A program made the translations under genes and the position numbers. A model generated the notes under the pieces. It was given only the letters and a program-made list of their open reading frames with translations. It did no database searches and was not told where the DNA came from. Shown piece by piece: positions 47,739-60,110 of a stretch of 64,000 nucleotides of DNA. The DNA is from an uncultured delta proteobacterium (GTDB lineage: Bacteria > Desulfobacterota > Binatia > HRBIN30), in contig CAVSQF010000039.1 of the NCBI GenBank assembly GCA_963729835.1, positions 514,801 through 578,800 of the forward strand, written 5' to 3'. Position 1 is the stretch's first letter; every line of letters starts with the position of its first letter.

Positions 47739-48962
47739 TTAGAACCTCTCGGCCGCATGCAGCGCGAGGACTTCGTTGGTGCCGTCCTCGATCAACGACG
47801 CCCGGGCATCGCGCAGCAGTTTCTCAATCGGGTACTCCTGGCTCAACCCGTTGCCGCCGAACACCTGGAGCGCTTCCGTCGCCACTTCGAAGGCCGTCTG
47901 TGTCGAAGTCACCTTCGAGGCGATGGCGTAGTGCACGGCCGGGAAGCTCCCCGGAGCGGCGCCAAAGAACGGGTTGTTGACGATGTTGTAGAGCACCACG
48001 CGGCGGTTCAGGGAGCGGGCGGCCTCGATCTTCCGGAACATCTCGAACAGCTTCATCTTGATGGTTTGGTGCTGAATGATTGGGACTCCTCCTTGCACGC
48101 GCTGCTTCGCGTACTCCACCGCCATCTCGAACGCTGCCCGGGCGCACCCCACGAAGGCGGCCCCCATGTACCCGTTAGCCGTACACAGCGTCAGCTCCAT
48201 CCCCATGGCGTACATCTCCGGGGGAATAACCATGTGCGTGATCGGGACGCGCACGTCGTCGAAGAACACCTCCCCTTGCGGCAGCGGCCGCTGGCCGAGT
48301 TTCTCGAGAGGTTTGCCGTGCGACACCCCCGGCGCCGTGAGATCCACCAGCAGCACGCCGCCGCCCGTGACCCCGTCACCATTGTCCACGGCGGTGTACA
48401 ACGCCGCCGCTTCAGCAACGGGACCGTTCGACACCCATGCCGCCTTCTGGCCGGTGATGACGTAGTAGTCGCCATCGAGGCGGGCGATGCAGTTCGGCTT
48501 GAACAAACCGGGTCGCCGGCTGCTGCCGCTCAAATCGATTGAATCGCTGCCGTGATCCGGCTCCGTGATGGCCCAACAGCCGACCTTGCCCAACGGGAAG
48601 GCCGCCATCAGGTCCGGGTTCTGCGTGGTCTGCGCCAGCATCGCGGGAAACTCGCCGGCACCGAGGCTGATCGCCAGCCCGGCATCGCCCCATCCCAGCT
48701 CCTCCGTCGCGATGCAGGTCAGCCGGGCGAGCTGCACGGGCGTGATCTCGGAGCCCGGGCCCGCCAGCATGCGGATGCCCAGCTCGTCCCACTTGTTGTG
48801 CACCTCCCACAAGAGCGAATCGTCGGCGATGACCTCGTCGGCCGAAAGGCGATCCAACGCCTGCCCGGCGGGGCGCATGACTTCCTCCGCAAACCGATGC
48901 ACGAGGTCGCGAATATTCCGTTCTTCTTCCGAAAGATCGAAGTCGATGTCTTGTAGCACCAT
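47739..48962 (-). CDS. Acyl-CoA dehydrogenase family protein
   Basis: 407 aa with ACAD N/M/C domains (…GCWAITEPDHGSD…, …YMGAAFVGCARAAFE…, …FGGNGLSQEYPIEKLLRDA…). Confidence 0.85.
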   Translation of the reverse strand: MVLQDIDFDLSEEERNIRDLVHRFAEEVMRPAGQALDRLSADEVIADDSLLWEVHNKWDELGIRMLAGPGSEITPVQLARLTCIATEELGWGDAGLAISLGAGEFPAMLAQTTQNPDLMAAFPLGKVGCWAITEPDHGSDSIDLSGSSRRPGLFKPNCIARLDGDYYVITGQKAAWVSNGPVAEAAALYTAVDNGDGVTGGGVLLVDLTAPGVSHGKPLEKLGQRPLPQGEVFFDDVRVPITHMVIPPEMYAMGMELTLCTANGYMGAAFVGCARAAFEMAVEYAKQRVQGGVPIIQHQTIKMKLFEMFRKIEAARSLNRRVVLYNIVNNPFFGAAPGSFPAVHYAIASKVTSTQTAFEVATEALQVFGGNGLSQEYPIEKLLRDARASLIEDGTNEVLALHAAERF

Positions 48963-49094
48963 GAGCCGTCCCTCCGTGAGCGCTGTGCTCGCTGGACTAT
49001 GCCCCCGCAGCAGCCGCGGGACAAGTGAATTTGGTGCCGGGTTATGAAAGGGCGCACTAGGGGCGGTTCGCGAACCGTCCCCACGACGACCCGC

Positions 49095-49874
<780 letters not shown>

Positions 49875-49910
49875 CGTTGGCTTATAGCATATGGCTTATG
49901 GCTTATGGCC
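49875..49910. repeat. Tandem heptamer repeats (CCATAAG/CTTATGG)n in the hisA-hisF junction
   Basis: Minus sense reads CCATAAGCCATAAGCCATATGCTATAAGCCAACG-ATG. It supplies the HKP-stop of hisA and stop codons in all three frames. Confidence 0.7.
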
Positions 49911-50648
49911 AAGATCGACCTGGCCACCCCGGGCGATTCGGATGGCCTCCGGCAAACGTACGGCGCCGGTGTACAACGCGCGTCCAACGATCACCGCGTC
50001 GATCCCTGCAATACCACAGTCCCGCAACGCGATGATGTCTGCCAGCGAGCCGACACCACCGGACGCGGTGACTGGAATGGTGATCGCCTCGGCGATGGCG
50101 CGCGTTGCGGCGACATTGACCCCGTGCTGCGTGCCGTCACGGCTGATGTCGGTATGGATCACGCGGCATGCCCCCAGCGCCTCCGCCTGATGTGCCAACG
50201 CGACGGCGGTGGTATCGCTGGTTTGCAACCAACCGTGTACCGCCACCTTGCCGTCACGCGCGTCGATCCCCACAGCAACGTGTCCGGGAAAACGGCGGCA
50301 GGCCTCGCCAACGATGTCCGGATCGGCCAGCGCTGCCGTACCGAAAATCACCCGATCAGCACCGAGATCGAGCAACTCGGCCGCGCGCGCGACGCTACGC
50401 ACCCCGCCACCGACTTCAATCGGAATCGCCAGGCCACGACACAGCCTGGCGACCGCCGCACCGTTGACGGATGTACCGGCGACGGCGCCGTCGAGATCAA
50501 CGAGGTGCAGGTATTGCGCTCCCTCGGCTACCCAGCGCTGCCCGACGGCGAGCGGATCATCGCTGTAGACGGTCTCCGCGTTCATGTCGCCGCGCAGCAA
50601 GCGCACGCACTTGCCGCCTTTCAAGTCGATGGCCGGGACGATCAGCAT
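49896..50648 (-). CDS. hisA: 1-(5-phosphoribosyl)-5-[(5-phosphoribosylamino)methylideneamino]imidazole-4-carboxamide isomerase HisA
   Basis: MLIVPAIDLKGGKCVRL... is the canonical HisA. Ends ...GHKP. Confidence 0.9.
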   Translation of the reverse strand: MLIVPAIDLKGGKCVRLLRGDMNAETVYSDDPLAVGQRWVAEGAQYLHLVDLDGAVAGTSVNGAAVARLCRGLAIPIEVGGGVRSVARAAELLDLGADRVIFGTAALADPDIVGEACRRFPGHVAVGIDARDGKVAVHGWLQTSDTTAVALAHQAEALGACRVIHTDISRDGTQHGVNVAATRAIAEAITIPVTASGGVGSLADIIALRDCGIAGIDAVIVGRALYTGAVRLPEAIRIARGGQVDLGHKP

Positions 50649-50683
50649 TTGGCTTGTGGCTTATGGCTTATGGCTTGTGGCAT
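50649..50683. repeat. Tandem heptamer repeats (CCAYAAG)n in the hisH-hisA junction
   Basis: Minus sense reads CACAAGCCATAAGCCATAAGCCACAAGCCAA-ATG. Confidence 0.7.
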
Positions 50684-51290
50684 ATCGCCCGAAGTTCGCC
50701 AGGATCTTCAATCCCACGCGCTGGCTCTTCTCCGGGTGATACTGGGTCGCGAAGACGTTGTCGCGCGCGACCGCGGAAGCGAACTCGAACCCATATTCCG
50801 TGCTGGTTGCCGTGAGCGACGGATCAGCGGGCACGACGTAGTAGGAATGCACGAAATACACGAAGGCGCCGTTCTCGATGCCCTGCAGGTGCGGCACGTC
50901 TTGGTACTTGCGGATCTGATTCCATCCCATGTGCGGCACCTTGAGGGTTGCGCTTTCCGGAAAGCGCACAACGCGACCCGGGAATATCCCCAAGCCCGGC
51001 ACCGGACCGAACTCCTCGCTCTCGTCAAAGAGCAGCTGCATCCCGAGACAGATTCCCAGGAACGGCGTGCCGCGGCGGATCACGTGGCGGACGGTCTCCA
51101 CCAAGCCATAGCCGCGCAGATTGTCCATGCACGCGCCGAATGCGCCCACCCCCGGGAGCACCACCCCCACAGCCGCGGTGATGCGGTCCGGATCGCGGGT
51201 CACCTCCGCCGCGAAGCCCACCCGTTCGAGCCCCTTCTGCACCGAGCGCAGATTCCCCATCCCGTAGTCGATGATGGCGATGGTTGGCAT
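50661..51290 (-). CDS. hisH: Imidazole glycerol phosphate synthase glutaminase subunit HisH
   Basis: MPTIAIIDYGMGNLRSV... class I glutamine amidotransferase with the catalytic Cys in GICLGMQLL. Ends ...SHKP. Confidence 0.9.
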   Translation of the reverse strand: MPTIAIIDYGMGNLRSVQKGLERVGFAAEVTRDPDRITAAVGVVLPGVGAFGACMDNLRGYGLVETVRHVIRRGTPFLGICLGMQLLFDESEEFGPVPGLGIFPGRVVRFPESATLKVPHMGWNQIRKYQDVPHLQGIENGAFVYFVHSYYVVPADPSLTATSTEYGFEFASAVARDNVFATQYHPEKSQRVGLKILANFGRYATSHKP

Positions 51291-51310
51291 ATAGCTTATG
51301 GCTTATGGCC
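51291..51310. repeat. Tandem heptamer repeats (CCATAAG)2 immediately upstream of hisH
   Basis: Minus sense reads GGCCATAAGCCATAAGCTAT-ATG. Confidence 0.65.
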
Positions 51311-51329
51311 AGACTTTTTTGAAGCCAGA

Positions 51330-51400
51330 GTAAGGCCGGCGGCGCGGGCCGTCCTCGGCATTAGCAAACGGTGCAGCGCGCCGGATTCGGCCGGCCTTAC
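51330..51400. repeat. Long GC-rich stem-loop (11-bp perfect outer stem GUAAGGCCGGC/GCCGGCCUUAC with inner GGCGCG/CGCGCC stem)
   Basis: Seen directly in sequence. Lies in the 385-nt hisB-hisH spacer and is not followed by a U-tract on either strand. Confidence 0.5.
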
Positions 51401-51456
51401 GCCCTTCGAGCACTTAACACTAAACCGCCAGCAATCACGATGACGCATCGGATCCA

Positions 51457-51622
51457 GGTTCCTCTCCCTCCGGAAGAGGTCAGGTGAGGGGATTAGATAA
51501 TGCCGAAGACCACCATCTTCACCGAGTGAACGAACAGCACTCATCGTGCTACCCCCAATAAGGTGACTTCGTCCGACATCCAATCCCCTCATCCTGACCT
51601 TCTCCCGGAGGGAGAAGGAACC
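51457..51622. repeat. MITE-like element: ~40-bp imperfect terminal inverted repeats flanking an ~85-bp core
   Basis: Left arm ggttcctctccctccggaagaggtcaggtgaggggattag. Right arm caatcccctcatcctgaccttctcccggagggagaaggaacc, which is the reverse complement with a few mismatches. Confidence 0.55.
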
Positions 51623-51679
51623 CAGGAGATACCCCGTCGTCACTACGAGATGCGGCACTAACGCACACGCCATAAGCAG

Positions 51680-52345
51680 CTACAAGCTTCCTTTTGTCGA
51701 CGGCACGCCCCGCACGCGCGGGTCGATCTGGGTGGCCTCGTCGAGGGCGCGCGCCAACGCCTTGAAAGCCGCTTCAATGATGTGGTGCGGATTGCGGCCT
51801 TGCACTTGGTGCAGGTGCAGGTTCATGGCTGCCTGATTCGCGAAGGCCAGCAGGAAATCGTGCACCAGCTCGGTGTCGAAGTCGCCGACGCGGGCTTGCT
51901 TGATGCGCAGGTTGTAGGCGAGAAACGGGCGGCCGCTCAGATCGATGACCGCATTGACCAGCGCCTCATCGAGCGGACAGGCGGCGTTGCCGAAGCGCCG
52001 GATGCCGACCTTCTCCGCCAACGCTTCGCGCAACGCTTGACCAAGCGCCAGACCAATATCCTCGACCGTGTGATGCTGGTCGACCTCCAAATCGCCGCTG
52101 GCCTGTACCGTGAGGTCGAAAAAGCCGTGGCGTGCAAAGATCTCCAGCATGTGATCGAGGAAGGGGACGCCGGTGTGGATCTGCGCCTCTCCGCGGCCGT
52201 CGATGTCGAGCTCGACGGCGATGTCGGTCTCCTTCGTCGTACGCACCACGCGGGCATGCCGCCCGCTGGGGCGCGGCCGCGCGACGAGGGCGCGCCGCTC
52301 CGCCGACGTGCCGCGATCACTCCGCGTTTTCGATCGTCCCATTGC
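51680..52345 (-). CDS. hisB: Imidazoleglycerol-phosphate dehydratase HisB
   Basis: RVVRTTKETDIAVELDIDG...HHTVEDIGLALG...HHIIEAAFKALARAL IGPD motifs. Start placed at MGRSK; the track ORF extends to 52438. Confidence 0.8.
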   Translation of the reverse strand, partial: AMGRSKTRSDRGTSAERRALVARPRPSGRHARVVRTTKETDIAVELDIDGRGEAQIHTGVPFLDHMLEIFARHGFFDLTVQASGDLEVDQHHTVEDIGLALGQALREALAEKVGIRRFGNAACPLDEALVNAVIDLSGRPFLAYNLRIKQARVGDFDTELVHDFLLAFANQAAMNLHLHQVQGRNPHHIIEAAFKALARALDEATQIDPRVRGVPSTKGSL

Positions 52346-53666
52346 GTCCTCCTTGTTTGCGGCGCGGCGCCGGTGTGAAGCGACAGCGCACCGCCGCCGC
52401 ATGCGCCTCGTACCCTTCCAATGTCGCCAGACGCACAATTGCGGGCGCCAGCCGCCGCAAGCCGGCGCGCGTTGCAGAGACCACGCTCGTACGTTTCACG
52501 AAGTCATACACCCCGAGCGGCGAGAAAAAGCGCGCCGTACCACCCGTCGGCAACACGTGATTCGGCCCCGCGAGATAATCTCCAAGCGGCGCCGGCGCGA
52601 ACGGTCCGAGAAACACCGCCCCGGCGTTGCGGATGCGGCGCACCCAACGTTGCGCGTCCTTCACCATCAGTTCCAGGTGCTCCGGAGCCACTTGATCCGC
52701 GAGCGCCACGGCCTCCTCGAGATCACGCACGATCACCAACGCACCGCGGCGGCGCAGCACGCGCGCCACATCTGCACGCCGCGGCAATACTTTCAGTTGC
52801 GCATCGATCTCGGCCTGGACCGCCAGCGCCACATCCCGAGCGGGCGTCAGCAACACGGCGCATTCATCCCCGCTGCCGTGCTCGGCCTGCGCCAGCAAGT
52901 CGGCCGCGACATGCGCGGCGGTGGCGGTCTCGTCCGCAATGACCAGCACCTCGCTGGGGCCGGCGATGGCGTCGATGTCGACGGTGCCGTAGACGATTCT
53001 CTTCGCCGCTTGTACGTACGCGTTGCCCGGCCCAACGATCTTGTCGACGCGCGCGATCGTCTGTGTCCCAAATGCCAACGCCGCCACCGCCTGGGCGCCG
53101 CCGATGCGAAACACCGTGCGCACGCCGGCGATCGCCGCCGCCGCCAACACCGCGGGGTTCATCCCGCCGGCTCCCGCAGGCGACACCATGACCACCTCAC
53201 GCACCCCCGCAACGCGCGCCGGAATGGCGTTCATCAAGACCGACGACGGATAGGCCGCATGCCCACCGGGCACATACAATCCAACACGATCGAGCGGCGT
53301 GATTTGCTGCCCGAGCCGTAACCCAGTCGCATCGCGATAGCTCCACGACTTCATCCGCTGGCGGCGATGGAAGGCGGTAATGCGCCGGGCGGCAAACCGC
53401 AGCGCCTGCAACGCCTGCGGGGCCACGGCACGCGGCGCGGCGCGCAGCTCATCCTCACTCACCCGCAGCTGCTCCGGCGACAGGCGCACGCGGTCGTAAC
53501 GCCGTGTGAACTCGATGACCGCCGCATCACCGCGCCGCCGCACGGCATCGACGATCCGCCGCGCTTGCAGATCGATCGCGGCGTTCCCCCCGCTCCCGCG
53601 CTCGCGGATTGCCGCGAACCGGCGGGCGAAATCCGCATCCCGCGTCGACAGTACTCGTACCAACAT
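52317..53666 (-). CDS. hisD: Histidinol dehydrogenase HisD
   Basis: 449 aa. HisD motifs with NAD and zinc ligands (…GPGNAYV…, …AEHGSGDE…). Confidence 0.9.
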   Translation of the reverse strand: MLVRVLSTRDADFARRFAAIRERGSGGNAAIDLQARRIVDAVRRRGDAAVIEFTRRYDRVRLSPEQLRVSEDELRAAPRAVAPQALQALRFAARRITAFHRRQRMKSWSYRDATGLRLGQQITPLDRVGLYVPGGHAAYPSSVLMNAIPARVAGVREVVMVSPAGAGGMNPAVLAAAAIAGVRTVFRIGGAQAVAALAFGTQTIARVDKIVGPGNAYVQAAKRIVYGTVDIDAIAGPSEVLVIADETATAAHVAADLLAQAEHGSGDECAVLLTPARDVALAVQAEIDAQLKVLPRRADVARVLRRRGALVIVRDLEEAVALADQVAPEHLELMVKDAQRWVRRIRNAGAVFLGPFAPAPLGDYLAGPNHVLPTGGTARFFSPLGVYDFVKRTSVVSATRAGLRRLAPAIVRLATLEGYEAHAAAVRCRFTPAPRRKQGGRNGTIENAE

Positions 53667-53675
53667 GCGCTTCCC

Positions 53676-54676
53676 TCAACGTTGTGCGGCCACCACACGC
53701 GGCAATCCCGCGTAATCAGCGTGCACCGACACGCGGCGGAATCCGGCCGCGCGTGCCAAGCCTTGCACCGACTCTGCTTGATCGGCGCCGATTTCCACGA
53801 ACAACCAGCCGCCGACAGTCAGGCACCCGGGCGCGGCGGCCAGCACGCGCCGCATCACTTCGAGCCCGTCCGCACCACCCACGAGCGCCCCGCGCGGCTC
53901 CCAGGCGAGCTCCGGCTGCAAGCCCTGCAGGTCGCCGGCGCGCACATACGGCGGATTGCAGACGATCGCGTCGAAGCGGCACCCTCCAAGCGCGGCGAAC
54001 AGATCGCTGGCGCAGCAGTGGATGCGTGCCGCGACCCGGTTGCGGCGCGCATTTGCCCGCGCCACGGCCAGCGCTGCCGGCGAAATGTCGAGCGCCCAGA
54101 TCTCTGCCCGCCGCAGCTCGGTCGCCAGGGCGACAGCGATGCAGCCACTGCCGGTTCCGAGATCACAAATAGTGATGTTGTGCTCGTTCCCTTCACTGGC
54201 CCCCCGCCTTACCAAGGACGGGGCAAGGGAGAGGTCGCTGACGCGCCATTCCAAAACCTCCCCTGCCCCCTCCTTCGCAAGGAGGGGAACTCCGGACGAA
54301 CGGCTGGCATTGCCCCGGGCCGCCATTGCCACCGTCAGCTCCACCAGCAGCTCCGTCTCCGGGCGTGGGATCAACACGTCGGGCGTCACGGCAAAGTCCA
54401 GCGACCAGAATTCCTGACGGCCGACGATGTACTGCAACGGCTCGCGCGTACAGCGCCGTTCGAGCATCAGGCGGAAGGCCTGCTCACACGAGCGCGACAG
54501 GCACTCGCGCCCACGGGCGTACAGCGCCGGGCGATCCACCCCAACGGCGGCGGCGAGCAGCACCTCGGCATCCAGCCGCGGCGTGCTCACGCCCGCCGCT
54601 CCCAGCGCCGCCGCTCCTGCTGCGATCAGCCGGCCGACGGTGTCCGGCGGGGCGACACTCTCGATGGCCGCGTCCA

Positions 54677-54677
<1 letters not shown>
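53676..54677 (-). CDS. prmC: Release-factor glutamine N5-methyltransferase PrmC (HemK) with an internal ~40-aa insertion
   Basis: NPPY motif (CNPPYVRAGD), SAM motif DLGTGSGCIAV. The start at MDAAIESV overlaps the prfA stop. An inserted SRSSGVPLLAKEGAGEVLEWRVSDLSLAPSLVRRGASEGNE is encoded by a palindromic DNA segment. Confidence 0.8.
54184..54300. repeat. In-frame palindromic insertion (two hairpins) inside prmC
   Basis: The hairpin cccctccttcgcaaggagggg, plus a flanking imperfect hairpin ggacggggcaagggagaggt / acctcccctgccccctcc, sit between two conserved PrmC blocks. Confidence 0.5.
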
Positions 54678-55744
<1,067 letters not shown>

Positions 55745-55757
55745 CGGGAGTCAGCAC

Positions 55758-55794
55758 GAAAAAGGGCGAGGGAGCTCAGCTCCCGCGCCCTTTG
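55758..55794 (-). terminator. Intrinsic terminator downstream of rpmE
   Basis: Minus-sense AAAGGGCGCGGGAGCUGAGCUCCCUCGCCCUUUUUCG: a GC stem followed by a U5 tract. Confidence 0.7.
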
Positions 55795-55832
55795 GAATCT
55801 CGTGTGCCGCCAGAGCCGCAGCTCTCGGGACA

Positions 55833-56036
55833 CTACTGTTGCATGCCGTATTTACGTTTGAAGCGCTCGACGCGCCCAGCGGTGTCCATGAGCTTCTGCT
55901 TGCCGGTAAAGAACGGATGGCAGCTGGAGCAGATTTCCACATGGATCTTTGGTACCGTCGAACGGGTCTCGATGACATTGCCGCACGCGCAGACAATCTG
56001 CGCCGCCTCGTACTTCGGATGTATACCCTCGCGCAT
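55833..56036 (-). CDS. rpmE: 50S ribosomal protein L31
   Basis: [27 protein letters not shown]...[11 protein letters not shown] with the zinc-binding C4 motif. Confidence 0.9.
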   Translation of the reverse strand: MREGIHPKYEAAQIVCACGNVIETRSTVPKIHVEICSSCHPFFTGKQKLMDTAGRVERFKRKYGMQQ

Positions 56037-56158
56037 TGAATTTCTGCCTCTTACCGGAGGCGGAGTCTATAGCATCGCGACCCATCGGTCGCAAGCAACC
56101 CGCTTCCACAAACGTGCCACCGGCATCGAGGCGAGTTTCTACCGCACGCACCACGGCC

Positions 56159-56374
56159 CTACGGCAACTCAGCCGGGCCGAGTTTTTTGAAGAGATAGTA
56201 ACCCATTCGATCCAGCACCTGGAGCGTTTCACGGTGCTGGACGCTGCTCCGGTAGAGCCCGATCACGGTTACGACCAAGCCAAGGAATGTGAGCAGCCCC
56301 AAGAAGATGAGTGCGTAAACCGCCAACTCATTGATGGCCACGAGGCGCTGCAGAATGGCAGGCAACTGGTCCAT
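56159..56374 (-). CDS. Hypothetical small membrane protein
   Basis: A ~70 aa core (MDQLPAILQRLVAINELAVYALIFLGLLTFLGLVVTVIGLY...) with 1-2 TM helices. The upstream extension in the track ORF is encoded by the CGTG-repeat hairpin and is probably not coding. Confidence 0.35.
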   Translation of the reverse strand: MDQLPAILQRLVAINELAVYALIFLGLLTFLGLVVTVIGLYRSSVQHRETLQVLDRMGYYLFKKLGPAELP

Positions 56375-56410
56375 ATTCTCTCCTTCCAGCACCATAGCTG
56401 AATCGCGCAA

Positions 56411-56477
56411 AATCGTGAATCGTGTTCGTGCTCGTGTTCGTGAGCCGAGCACGATTCACCAGCACGAGCCACGATTA

Positions 56478-56480
<3 letters not shown>
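56411..56480 (-). terminator. Long imperfect hairpin built from CGTG/CACG short repeats followed by UUUU; likely glpK intrinsic terminator
   Basis: Plus strand reads aatcgtg aatcgtg ttcgtg ctcgtg ttcgtg agccgag cacg attcacc agcacg agccacg attatcacg. The minus-sense hairpin ends in AUUUUGCG, directly 3' of the glpK stop. Confidence 0.5.
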
Positions 56481-57962
<1,482 letters not shown>

Positions 57963-58103
57963 GCGTCGTGTCTCCCAACGGCTGTTTTCCATTTTCAGCC
58001 GCGGAGCGCAAACGGCTGTGAACAGCGGACAGTCCACTTTCCCTGGCCGTGGCCGATCATGTAGGTGGACACCGACTTTCACGTCCCGGCAAGGTGTCCC
58101 CAG

Positions 58104-58313
58104 TCAGTCGAGCGACTTCCGGAAGCGGAGTATGCTCACGCTGAGCACTGTTGCTCCGATCACTGCCATCGCCAGCATCTGCGGCCAGAGGACGCGCAAA
58201 CCCAAGCCCTTCAGGAACGTGCCCCGGAGAACGACCAGGAGGTACCGCAGCGGGTTCAGATAGATGAGCCACGAAGCTCTACGATCGCACCACTGACCCA
58301 CTGACCAGATCAC
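58104..58313 (-). pseudogene. 3' fragment of an ABC-2-type transporter permease gene (copy 1; contains a 94-bp direct repeat)
   Basis: Encodes only the last ~69 aa (…YLNPLRYLLVVLRGTFLKGLGLRVLWPQMLAMAVIGATVLSVSILRFRKSLD). Bases 58104-58197 recur at 60876-60969. Confidence 0.5.
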
Positions 58314-58408
58314 CCTCGACGAGATCGAACGGATTGCGATATAATTTCCGTATGGATTCCGCCGCCCGCTCCTGTGGTAAAATGCTTCGATGAAAGGTAG
58401 GTAGAAAC

Positions 58409-58669
58409 ATGGCCTCCCTCGATTGGTCCCAATGCGCCGCCGTGGAGAGCATCCCCGGTAAAGTCAGTGGCGCATGGGTGTTTCGTGATACCCGCTTGCC
58501 GGTGGCGACCGTGATTGAGAACCTTGAGGATTTGAGCGTCGAGGAAGTGATGGAACAATTCGACGTGACGCGGGAGCAGATCACCGCGGTCCTGGATTTT
58601 GTGGCCCAGAGCCTCAAGGTGTCCGCACCGGGGCAACCCGCCGCGCCGATCGATGCGCATTCTCTTTGA
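58409..58669 (+). CDS. DUF433-family protein (putative antitoxin/DNA-binding partner)
   Basis: 86 aa with the typical DUF433 core (GKVSGAWVFRDTRLPVATVIENLEDLSVEEV). Confidence 0.55.
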   Translation: MASLDWSQCAAVESIPGKVSGAWVFRDTRLPVATVIENLEDLSVEEVMEQFDVTREQITAVLDFVAQSLKVSAPGQPAAPIDAHSL

Positions 58670-58982
58670 CCACGGAACACCAAAGGGACTTGCCCGCGCG
58701 CTTCCCGGCCACACGATCACCACCGCCCAAGCCAGAGGCTGGGACACGCTCAACAATGGCGCATTGCTGAATGCTGCAGAGGCGGCGGCGCTTGACCTCT
58801 TGCTCACGACCGACAGGAGAATCCGCTACCAGCAGAACCTCGCCGGACGAACCATTGCCCTCGTTGTGTTGACCGGGACCACGAAATGGTCACGTGTCAG
58901 ATTGCACCTTGAACGCATAGCCGCCGTGGTGAACGCGGCCACACCCGGCAGCTACACCGAAATTGATATTCCCTTCAGCTAG
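58653..58982 (+). CDS. DUF5615-family PIN-like protein (putative toxin partner of DUF433)
   Basis: MRILFDHGTPKGLARAL... Start taken at the internal ATG (58653); overlaps the upstream gene, as in DUF433/DUF5615 pairs. Confidence 0.5.
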   Translation: MRILFDHGTPKGLARALPGHTITTAQARGWDTLNNGALLNAAEAAALDLLLTTDRRIRYQQNLAGRTIALVVLTGTTKWSRVRLHLERIAAVVNAATPGSYTEIDIPFS

Positions 58983-59020
58983 CCACTGCGCGCCGCCAAC
59001 TTTGTAAATCTTATAGGAGG

Positions 59021-59215
59021 CTATGGCAGGTCATGGGGTAACCTCACACGCAGTTTCAACACGGCGACCGCGATGCGTGTTTCGAGCCGGTATCCGGGTG
59101 GCTCTACTGAGAAATTGCACAATTGCTCGCCCGGGGCGCCCGGTTGGAGGACGCGGAACACTTCAATGGTCGTTTCGGTTGGGCGGTAGAAAACCGAGAG
59201 CGGTAAGGTTGGCAT
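59021..59215 (-). pseudogene. N-terminally truncated RelE/ParE-like toxin remnant
   Basis: LSVFYRPTETTIEVFRVLQPG resembles the conserved C-terminal strand of RelE/ParE toxins. An upstream in-frame stop leaves no room for the rest of the domain. Confidence 0.3.
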
Positions 59216-59313
59216 GAGAAAATCGGTCGTTCCTGCGCCAGCGTCAAAGCATTAAATCGTCATTGCGGGCTTAAGTTGACATGTACGGCGGCTTGCCGTA
59301 TGGTGTGTCGGCT

Positions 59314-59598
59314 ATGAAACCGGACACCCAAACCACCGCTCGACTGGAAGCGCGCCTGCCGCCCGACGTTCTGGCGCGGCTGAAACGTGCGGCCGAGATC
59401 CAGGGCCTCACGCTCACGGATTTTGTCGTGGCCGCCGCCGATGAAGCCGCGTGCCGAGCCATCGAGCAAACTGAAATCATTCGTCTCTCCGTCGAGGATC
59501 AGCGACAAATCGCCGACGCGCTCCTGCATCCTCCCGCGCCGTCCGCGGCTCTGAAGAAAGCCGCCAAGCGGTATCGTGATCTGTTCGGAGCGGAATGA
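59314..59598 (+). CDS. DUF1778-family RHH antitoxin (TacA/KacA-like)
   Basis: MKPDTQTTARLEARLPPDVLARLKRAAEIQGLTLTDFVVAAA... Followed, with a 4-nt overlap, by a GNAT toxin. Confidence 0.7.
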   Translation: MKPDTQTTARLEARLPPDVLARLKRAAEIQGLTLTDFVVAAADEAACRAIEQTEIIRLSVEDQRQIADALLHPPAPSAALKKAAKRYRDLFGAE

Positions 59599-60110
59599 CC
59601 GCTTCCCCCTTTCGGTTTGAGACGCTGAGCGAGACCCACGACCGCACCGCGTTTCATTGCGGGGAGCCGGCGCTTGACCGGTATCTGCAGACGCAGGCAA
59701 CCCAGGACATCCGCCGCCGTGTTGCGAATTGCTTCGTGGCGATCGAGGCCGCGACCGGCCGCCTGGCCACCTACTACACGCTGTCGGCAGCCAGCATCCC
59801 TCTGGTGGATCTTCCCCCAGAACACACCAAACGCTTGCCGCGCTATCCCACTGTGCCGGCGGTTCGTATCGGGCGCCTCGCTGTGGACGAGACGTTTCAA
59901 GGGCGTGGCCTCGGTGCGATGTTGCTGCTGAACGCTGTACACCGCAGTTTGCAGTCCGATGCTGCGGCGTGCACGCTTCTAGTCGATGCCAAGAACGACC
60001 AGGGCGTTGCTTTCTATCGGCGTTACGGATTCCGTTCTCTGACAAGCCGCCCCCGCACGTTGTATTTGCCCCTGGCAACGGCCCAAAAGGCCATCCTGGC
60101 CGCTCACTAA
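59595..60110 (+). CDS. GNAT-family acetyltransferase toxin (TacT/KacT-like)
   Basis: 171 aa with an acetyl-CoA binding motif (RLAVDETFQGRGLGAMLL) and a GVAFYRRYGF C-terminal block. Confidence 0.75.
   Translation: MTASPFRFETLSETHDRTAFHCGEPALDRYLQTQATQDIRRRVANCFVAIEAATGRLATYYTLSAASIPLVDLPPEHTKRLPRYPTVPAVRIGRLAVDETFQGRGLGAMLLLNAVHRSLQSDAAACTLLVDAKNDQGVAFYRRYGFRSLTSRPRTLYLPLATAQKAILAAH

Noticed and set aside
49875-51310. Possibility that the regularly spaced heptamer repeats are a CRISPR array
   Set aside because: Units are only 7 nt, directly tandem with no spacers, and sit exactly at gene junctions. This is not CRISPR architecture.
51296-51673. 125-aa ORF (ending ...SGHKP) between hisB and hisH
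   Set aside because: No protein-like composition. The region is built from palindromic/hairpin repeats and the HKP ending is a by-product of the CCATAAG repeat, so it is treated as non-coding.
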